Shown piece after piece: positions 58,130 to 64,000 of a stretch of DNA of 64,000 nt. A program made the position numbers and the translations under genes. Source of the DNA: a virus. Lineage: Duplodnaviria; Caudoviricetes. How positions within the stretch are numbered: position 1 is the stretch's first letter; the number at the start of each line of letters is the position of its first letter. The notes below the pieces were generated by a model. It saw nothing but the letters and a program-made list of their open reading frames with translations. It was not told the DNA's origin and did not search any database. Where the stretch lies: IMG/VR virus record IMGVR_UViG_3300025087_000034; one strand, written 5' to 3'.

Positions 58130-58306
58130 ATGTCTAACATAACTTTAGAAGAGGCCCTTTTGTATGACTTGGATAGACTTAAGTCATTAATAGAGAAAAG
58201 GAAGGTCAGTATTGAGATTTTTGAGGAGGCTATTAAGAAGGAAAGGGAACAGATTGAGAAAGAAAAAATTATGATAATCCTTTTAGAAAATAATAAACGT
58301 AGTTAG
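58130..58306 (+). CDS. Small coiled-coil protein, 58 aa
   Basis: Manual translation MSNITLEEALLYDLDRLKSLIEKRKVSIEIFEEAIKKEREQIEKEKIMIILLENNKRS. Confidence 0.6.
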   Translation: MSNITLEEALLYDLDRLKSLIEKRKVSIEIFEEAIKKEREQIEKEKIMIILLENNKRS

Positions 58307-58318
58307 GGGTGGTCTTAG

Positions 58319-60718
58319 GTGTTTCGTACAGATATATCTGTCGATTGGTATAAAAACCCCCGCATGATTACTATTGCGGCCCCCTCAACTAGTGTTAGTA
58401 TCCAGGACTTGGTTGACACTTTGAGGGAGCTTGAGGATAGCGACTATGCTATGGCGTTCCCCTTTCTGATAAAGGCCAGCGGAAAGGAGAATCTTGGTAG
58501 CGATGTTTTTGTAGGTATAACAGCTGAACTTCAAAATGCGAAGGTTACCTTTGAACCTAGACATGGGGTCGTTGAGTCAGGGACCGTTACAGGAAAGATT
58601 CTTCCTAGTGGTAAGATCCTTACTAGTCTGATACTAGAAGACTACAATGCTCTATTTATTACTTCCGGTGTGAAGCTAGGTGACACGGTAATTAATATGA
58701 CAGATGGCTCTAACGCAACTATACTATCTGTGGATAGTGAGATACAATTGACTACTATGGTATTGGGTGGCGGGGTTGATAATAGGTTTGATTATGAGGA
58801 TTCCTATAAGGTATGGCCGCTTATACAGTGTGAAATCAATGGTGGTAATTTAACTGCTGTGGATGAGTTCGGGGCTAGTATGGGGGCTATTTATCCAACC
58901 GTGGGCACTCAAATAACTCGTACTTCCTCCAGTAGTGGCACTATTGCTCAGTTGGAGATAGATAATATACAGAGGCTTATAGAGACACAGAGGGGCTCCC
59001 ACATTGTTACTGGTGAGATCTATTATTGGGACCCTGTTATAGGTAGTGATAACAACGATGGCATGTCACCGAGTAAGCCAGTGAAGACTTTTGCCAAAGT
59101 GCACGACTTGGTTGAGGATGGGGGACATGATCTGATAATTTGTCAGCCGGGCAAGGAAGTCGGGCAAACAAGGGCGGATGAGCACCTGGTTATAAGTAAG
59201 AGCCATTTGATGATAAGGGGCCCAGGACGGGATTTTGTCATTTATCCTAGTACTACTGGTTTTCCAGCTGTTAAGATTAGTGGTGTTGGAGTGGAGTTTA
59301 GTGGTGTTTTAGTTAGAGTGCCATTAGGAGGCAGTGATACGGGCATATGTATTGAAAACGGGGCACAAACCTTTTTGAGAGACCTATATGTTGAGGATGC
59401 TACTTCTTATGGGGTGGAAATTAGTAACAATGAGAACTCCGTATTTGACAACCTGTTTGTTATTAATTCTACAGGGCACGGTATCTATGTGAAAGAGAAT
59501 GTTGTAAACTTGGATATTAAGGTTTGCTGTTCTAAAGATAGTTCTGTCGGTTCTGGTTTCTATGTTGGTAGTTCTACTTCTGGTGTTAAAATACGCGGAA
59601 AAGGTACGTTTGCTAATACGAATGCACGATATGGAATAGAGATATCCTCAGGAGCTGTACAGACTTTGGTAGACGCAGAGGTTACCATCCAGAACAATGT
59701 TATGGGTGAAATAGCAGATTTTAGTAGTACTACAGCTTATTCTGGCTGGGACCACAGCGTTTCTTTTAACGGCGCTATTTGGATAGATACTTTATATGGG
59801 GAGGCGGGGACTAATTATCCGCGCGGGACCGTGTCCTGCCCAGTTAGCAATATTGACGACGCTCTTCTTATAGCTGCTAACGTTGGTATACGTAGATTTA
59901 ATGTTTCCGGTATTGTAACTCTTACATATTCTTTTTCTAGGTACCAGTTTTATGGTACGTCCTCGATAGAAAATAACATTGTTAATCTAAACGGCCAAAA
60001 TATAGAGGGGTGCTATTTTAATAGAGTATTATTGGCTGGGGCATCTGGTGGTGGTAGTTTTAATGTGCAAGAGTGCTACTTATCCAGTGTTACTAATTTA
60101 GTTGGTGTGGCCGTAGGTTCGAGCTTATTAGGTACGTGTGGTATGGGCCCCCAGGGCACATCTTTTTCATTGGGTGGCAGCTATTCCGTTTCTGAGCCTA
60201 CCATTGTGGACATGGTTGGAACAGGCAGAATGTTGGGGGCAAACTTGGTAGGTAATACACGTATTATAAATCTAGTTAGTGGGTCTGCGGTCTCTTTGGG
60301 CGGGTCTTATGGTACGGTTGAGCTAGATAGTTCATGTACAGGGGGCACCCTTTTATTGTCCGGTGGTCTCTATTTTATTGGTGATAAATTCGGTGTGGCC
60401 ATAGTTGATAATACGATTCAGCAGGCGGTGTGGAACTATGATATTACAACAGGTACCAATGTAAATTCCTCTGCCCATATACTTAGGCGGGCCCTGGGGT
60501 TAATACACGAAAATATGATAATAGACAATACTATGTATGATTCATATAATCAATTAGTATCTTGTCGTATACGTATATTTGCCAATCCTTTCGATACGCT
60601 TGCTGCTACAGACGGTGGTACGCCACCAACGGATCCGGTACCAATAGCCGAGTGGACGCAAGCGTCTGTTTGGGAAGCACAGAACAAGTTAGCAACTTTT
60701 AAACAGGTGAGATCATGA
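58319..60718 (+). CDS. Tailspike-like protein with a right-handed beta-helix (pectin lyase-like) region
   Basis: YYWDP..GSDNNDG....PVKTF motif followed by G(I/V)xI repeats. Confidence 0.7.
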   Translation: MFRTDISVDWYKNPRMITIAAPSTSVSIQDLVDTLRELEDSDYAMAFPFLIKASGKENLGSDVFVGITAELQNAKVTFEPRHGVVESGTVTGKILPSGKILTSLILEDYNALFITSGVKLGDTVINMTDGSNATILSVDSEIQLTTMVLGGGVDNRFDYEDSYKVWPLIQCEINGGNLTAVDEFGASMGAIYPTVGTQITRTSSSSGTIAQLEIDNIQRLIETQRGSHIVTGEIYYWDPVIGSDNNDGMSPSKPVKTFAKVHDLVEDGGHDLIICQPGKEVGQTRADEHLVISKSHLMIRGPGRDFVIYPSTTGFPAVKISGVGVEFSGVLVRVPLGGSDTGICIENGAQTFLRDLYVEDATSYGVEISNNENSVFDNLFVINSTGHGIYVKENVVNLDIKVCCSKDSSVGSGFYVGSSTSGVKIRGKGTFANTNARYGIEISSGAVQTLVDAEVTIQNNVMGEIADFSSTTAYSGWDHSVSFNGAIWIDTLYGEAGTNYPRGTVSCPVSNIDDALLIAANVGIRRFNVSGIVTLTYSFSRYQFYGTSSIENNIVNLNGQNIEGCYFNRVLLAGASGGGSFNVQECYLSSVTNLVGVAVGSSLLGTCGMGPQGTSFSLGGSYSVSEPTIVDMVGTGRMLGANLVGNTRIINLVSGSAVSLGGSYGTVELDSSCTGGTLLLSGGLYFIGDKFGVAIVDNTIQQAVWNYDITTGTNVNSSAHILRRALGLIHENMIIDNTMYDSYNQLVSCRIRIFANPFDTLAATDGGTPPTDPVPIAEWTQASVWEAQNKLATFKQVRS

Positions 60719-60924
60719 GCCTAAGTTTGGTTGTCCATGGATTTTTGGGTGGTGGTGGAGGGGGAACTAATACACTGGGCCCGGCTACCATAATTGAAGG
60801 CCCTGTTATAATAGGTTCCAGTTCTTTTTCTCCGAGGGTCGTTGCATTATATGAGGGGTCCACTGTTGGGGTCCCAAGGATACTAAGGTCTAGAGGGCTT
60901 ATTCCTAAGATCATCAGGGGTTAA
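60715..60924 (+). CDS. Small hypothetical virion protein
   Basis: 69-aa ORF coupled by an ATGA overlap. Confidence 0.5.
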   Translation: MSLSLVVHGFLGGGGGGTNTLGPATIIEGPVIIGSSSFSPRVVALYEGSTVGVPRILRSRGLIPKIIRG

Positions 60925-60945
60925 TTAAAGAGGGGTAACTAAATA

Positions 60946-61866
60946 ATGGCCATTTATCTTACAACAATATATGTAGAAGATATAGCTGGTGTTATACTTC
61001 TTTTTGATAGTGTGCGTATATATAGAAGTACATCTGGTAGTGATATAGATAGGGTGTTATACGATTCCTTTTCTCTAGTTGCAGGGCAGGTAGCCTATGA
61101 GTGGACAGACAACAATGGGGCGAGTAGTTACGTTATTTGGTCTACCTATTTTAACTCGGGTACACTAGCTGAAAGTTCCTATTCTGCACCTATTTTATAT
61201 GGCGAAGATACAGATAGGTATGTTCCTGGGTTTAATTTTATAAGTACTACATATCCTGTAGAGTATTCTTTGACTTCCGATGACATTTATGCTGTGGATA
61301 AGATACGATTTTTTGTGGGTGACCAAAAGACAGTAAAAAGAGACTATGTAAGTTCCAATTGTTCTGATGGATATGTAAATGTCTCTGATGACGGGTATTC
61401 TTATCAGTTAACAGAAAGAGGGTGGCCTCTAAAAGTAATAAAAGACGGCATAGAATATATCTCTAGGACTAACCCTATAGTAAATGACTATTCCTTTCTT
61501 ACTTTTAGTGGTATACAAATTTCTACTGTATCTGGTATTCTGGATGTTTGGTACGAGGGTTTTAGACATTCAGACAGGGAGTTATTTAAAATCTACAATT
61601 CTGCTTCGGCTCCGCCGAGGGTGACTTTAGTTGACTTTACTGATGAGATGAGAATTATTGTCTCCTCTGTAGGGATTTTGAAGTCTGAGGTGTCACGGCT
61701 TATGGGCGAGTCAACTGGAAGTTTTAATTTACAGGGAGAGCTCTCATATAATCCCGAACCACTTATTAGGCAAAAACGTGAACATATCAAGGACTTAGAA
61801 CAACAGTTAGCCGAGATGGTTAGCGACACAAATCAATTTTTATTAACCGGAGTGAGATTAGACTAA
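60946..61866 (+). CDS. Putative head-tail adaptor/neck protein
   Basis: Position; 306 aa. Confidence 0.45.
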   Translation: MAIYLTTIYVEDIAGVILLFDSVRIYRSTSGSDIDRVLYDSFSLVAGQVAYEWTDNNGASSYVIWSTYFNSGTLAESSYSAPILYGEDTDRYVPGFNFISTTYPVEYSLTSDDIYAVDKIRFFVGDQKTVKRDYVSSNCSDGYVNVSDDGYSYQLTERGWPLKVIKDGIEYISRTNPIVNDYSFLTFSGIQISTVSGILDVWYEGFRHSDRELFKIYNSASAPPRVTLVDFTDEMRIIVSSVGILKSEVSRLMGESTGSFNLQGELSYNPEPLIRQKREHIKDLEQQLAEMVSDTNQFLLTGVRLD

Positions 61867-61869
61867 AAT

Positions 61870-62412
61870 ATGATTCCGCGCGGATTAAAAAAAGAAATTA
61901 AAAATCGTTATCATGATGTTATACAAGGTGCAGGAAGAATAGTATACATATATTCTACACCTGATACAACTGACTGCCCAAATTGTTTAAATGATATTAG
62001 CACAGGTATGTCAATAAAAAGATATGATAGTACTTTTACTGTTCCTACAACTATATATGGTCAGGTTATAAATCCTATTTCATTTATTCGTGGTAGGTGC
62101 CCTGTTTGTAAGGACGCAGGAGTAATAAGTCAAGACGTAAGAAAGGGTATTCGTGCTGTAGTAAGGTGGAACCCCGTTGGTGACGAGGGGAGTATAATTC
62201 AACTACCTGTGGGAAGAGAGGGTTCAAATTTAGTATCTTTAAAAACAAGTAAGGATTATTATGATACTATACGTGAGTGTATTTACGCTAGTATAGATGG
62301 GATAAAGTGTGAGCTGGTTAAACCTCCGGTTTATAGGTATCTTCAATATACAGATGCTCTTGTTATAGCATATTTTATATCGGTTGATGAAGGAAAAAGT
62401 ACGAGGGATTAA
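61870..62412 (+). CDS. Putative head-closure/neck protein with CxxC motifs
   Basis: CPNC and CPVC; position in the neck module. Confidence 0.45.
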   Translation: MIPRGLKKEIKNRYHDVIQGAGRIVYIYSTPDTTDCPNCLNDISTGMSIKRYDSTFTVPTTIYGQVINPISFIRGRCPVCKDAGVISQDVRKGIRAVVRWNPVGDEGSIIQLPVGREGSNLVSLKTSKDYYDTIRECIYASIDGIKCELVKPPVYRYLQYTDALVIAYFISVDEGKSTRD

Positions 62413-62415
62413 GAG

Positions 62416-63102
62416 TTGCCTAATAAAGCTAGTAGTGTACAGGATGCTGTTGATACGTTAAGTGAGCAATTAGTAGACAAGTTCTCAATAGAGTTGTTGA
62501 AGATATTGAAGGCTAGATTCGCTTCTCATTTTCTTATTATTTTTTCAGAGTTGTATAATAGTCGTTTTGGGGAATTGGCTTCTAGAATGGATTCTCAAAT
62601 GGACCCAACCTCACCGTCTATTATAAAGGATGAGGTTTTTTCTTATGTAATGTCACAAGTTAAGTCGGCCATAGATGAGGCAAGTATCTCTAACGGGCAG
62701 TTAAGTATGGGGTTTTTATCTTATGAGGATTTTGGTTATCCTACTGGTCCTGGTAAAAAAGAAACAGACCATCTAAAGTTGTTTTATTTTTATATGGAGG
62801 GAGTGCCGGAATCATATGCTTTTATATCTAGGGATTTCTTTTCAAAATATATAGCACCAGAAAATGAAAAGGACCTTGGTAGATTTGGGGAAGGCTACCT
62901 AATGTCGGAAAAGGTGTATAATAAGATAGCTGACGCTAGAAAGGGCGCTACAACACTCCCACAGTTGCCTGCCTTTGAAAGTGTAAAGAGCCCTGCTTCG
63001 GGGTGGCCCCCGACCAGGATTTTTGAAGACATGGGTGAAGCTGTAGAGATAATGGTTGAACAGTATATAAAAGAGGCCGGACAAATAGCCTTTGGAGATT
63101 AG
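62416..63102 (+). CDS. Hypothetical neck/tail protein
   Basis: 228-aa ORF. Confidence 0.55.
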   Translation: MPNKASSVQDAVDTLSEQLVDKFSIELLKILKARFASHFLIIFSELYNSRFGELASRMDSQMDPTSPSIIKDEVFSYVMSQVKSAIDEASISNGQLSMGFLSYEDFGYPTGPGKKETDHLKLFYFYMEGVPESYAFISRDFFSKYIAPENEKDLGRFGEGYLMSEKVYNKIADARKGATTLPQLPAFESVKSPASGWPPTRIFEDMGEAVEIMVEQYIKEAGQIAFGD

Positions 63103-63104
63103 TC

Positions 63105-63866
63105 ATGGGTGTAACTTCATTAAGATTGGAAAAAGTAGCTCTTTTTAACTTCATAAAGAATGAAGTTTTACCTATAAATTTTTCTGAAAAAGTTTATAAC
63201 GATAGTTTGGTTTATGATAATACTATTGGTGGGTACGTTCCTGCTTCTGTTGTTGAACCCCCTGCTATGTCAACTGGCAGGGGGTGGGTATTTTTTGATG
63301 AAGTTGCCACAAGTTCCCCTGTCGTTATTGATTCAACACAAGAACAGTCATCTCGTATTATTGTTGTTGGTCCTTCTTCCTATACTGTAGATTATTTTCG
63401 CGGCGCTATAAAAAATCCAAATATAGCCCCCACGGATATAACATATACATATAATTATGTATCCGTACTAGATAGTTGGCCAGGTACCGATGTACCACCT
63501 CTTCCCGTAGTGTCTATAGATATAAATAAAACACAAAAAAAAGGATTTCAGCTCGGCGGGGGAAAAAAGAATATTCGAGAAGTATATATAGAAATATTTG
63601 CTTCTTCAAATCCAGAAAGAGATGACATAACAGAAACAATACACGATAGCCTATTCGATAAAAATATAGCTGTAAAAGATTTTTCATATGGTTATTATTT
63701 GAAATCCGATGGTACATATAATACAGGATTTGTTCCCACAACAAATGGGTATATGTATATACTTGACATAAATGTAAGAAATATAAACCTTAAGACAGAC
63801 TGGTCTGTAGTAAACAGACATAGGAGTGTAATAACCTGTCAATACGAAACAATTGTTGAAGCTTAA
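63105..63866 (+). CDS. Putative tail terminator/completion protein
   Basis: LPVVSID..FQLGGG...V.IEIFA...ERDDI pattern and position. Confidence 0.5.
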   Translation: MGVTSLRLEKVALFNFIKNEVLPINFSEKVYNDSLVYDNTIGGYVPASVVEPPAMSTGRGWVFFDEVATSSPVVIDSTQEQSSRIIVVGPSSYTVDYFRGAIKNPNIAPTDITYTYNYVSVLDSWPGTDVPPLPVVSIDINKTQKKGFQLGGGKKNIREVYIEIFASSNPERDDITETIHDSLFDKNIAVKDFSYGYYLKSDGTYNTGFVPTTNGYMYILDINVRNINLKTDWSVVNRHRSVITCQYETIVEA

Positions 63867-64000
63867 ATTTTTTATCTAGTTTTTAGTTTACTTTTTTGTA
63901 TATTTGTATTATATATAAATTAACAGGACAGGTGTATCCAGTCCTGGTTTTTGTGTTTGTTTTAGATTGAAAAATTAAATATTCCCTATAGGAAGAATAA

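Noticed and set aside
1-64000. Genome-wide TAG reassignment (code 15) suggested by the Macro gene
   Set aside because: Long genes (terL, portal, 800-aa virion proteins) are open in code 11, and many genes end cleanly at TAG.
1-64000. Giant eukaryotic virus (NCLDV) origin suggested by the ankyrin genes
   Set aside because: Shine-Dalgarno sites, bacterial promoters, a terminase-portal-HK97 capsid module and NusG/DnaX/Csp indicate a bacteriophage.

Overview
This window is 64 kb of a large tailed dsDNA bacteriophage. It has Shine-Dalgarno-led genes in standard code 11 and no host core genes. It has two divergent arms. The left arm (about 2.6-15.3 kb, minus strand, visibly GC-richer from about 5 kb) holds small accessory/early genes (Macro domain, SSB, SLOG/DprA-like, RadC-like, two paralogous ~370-aa orphans), three tRNAs and extensive structured non-coding DNA. 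The right arm (16.7-63.9 kb, plus strand, AT-rich) runs from metabolic genes (ASCH, AdoMetDC, SLT, NDT-like, DnaX, M42 peptidase, MetAP, S1 protease, Csp, dNMP kinase, NusG) into packaging, head and tail genes, and seven free-standing homing-endonuclease-like genes are interspersed. The far left end holds a head-to-head pair of giant-virus-like ankyrin gene paralogs and an RHH gene with iteron-like repeats. The most unusual signals are non-coding. They are a fully nested ~300-nt candidate structured RNA with its own promoter and terminator, a T-tract/CG-core/A-tract palindrome dispersed about 30 times, a triplicated hairpin cassette, and a textbook sigma54-IHF-UAS promoter at the arm junction. 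All product calls come from motif recognition by eye; no database searches or folding programs were run.
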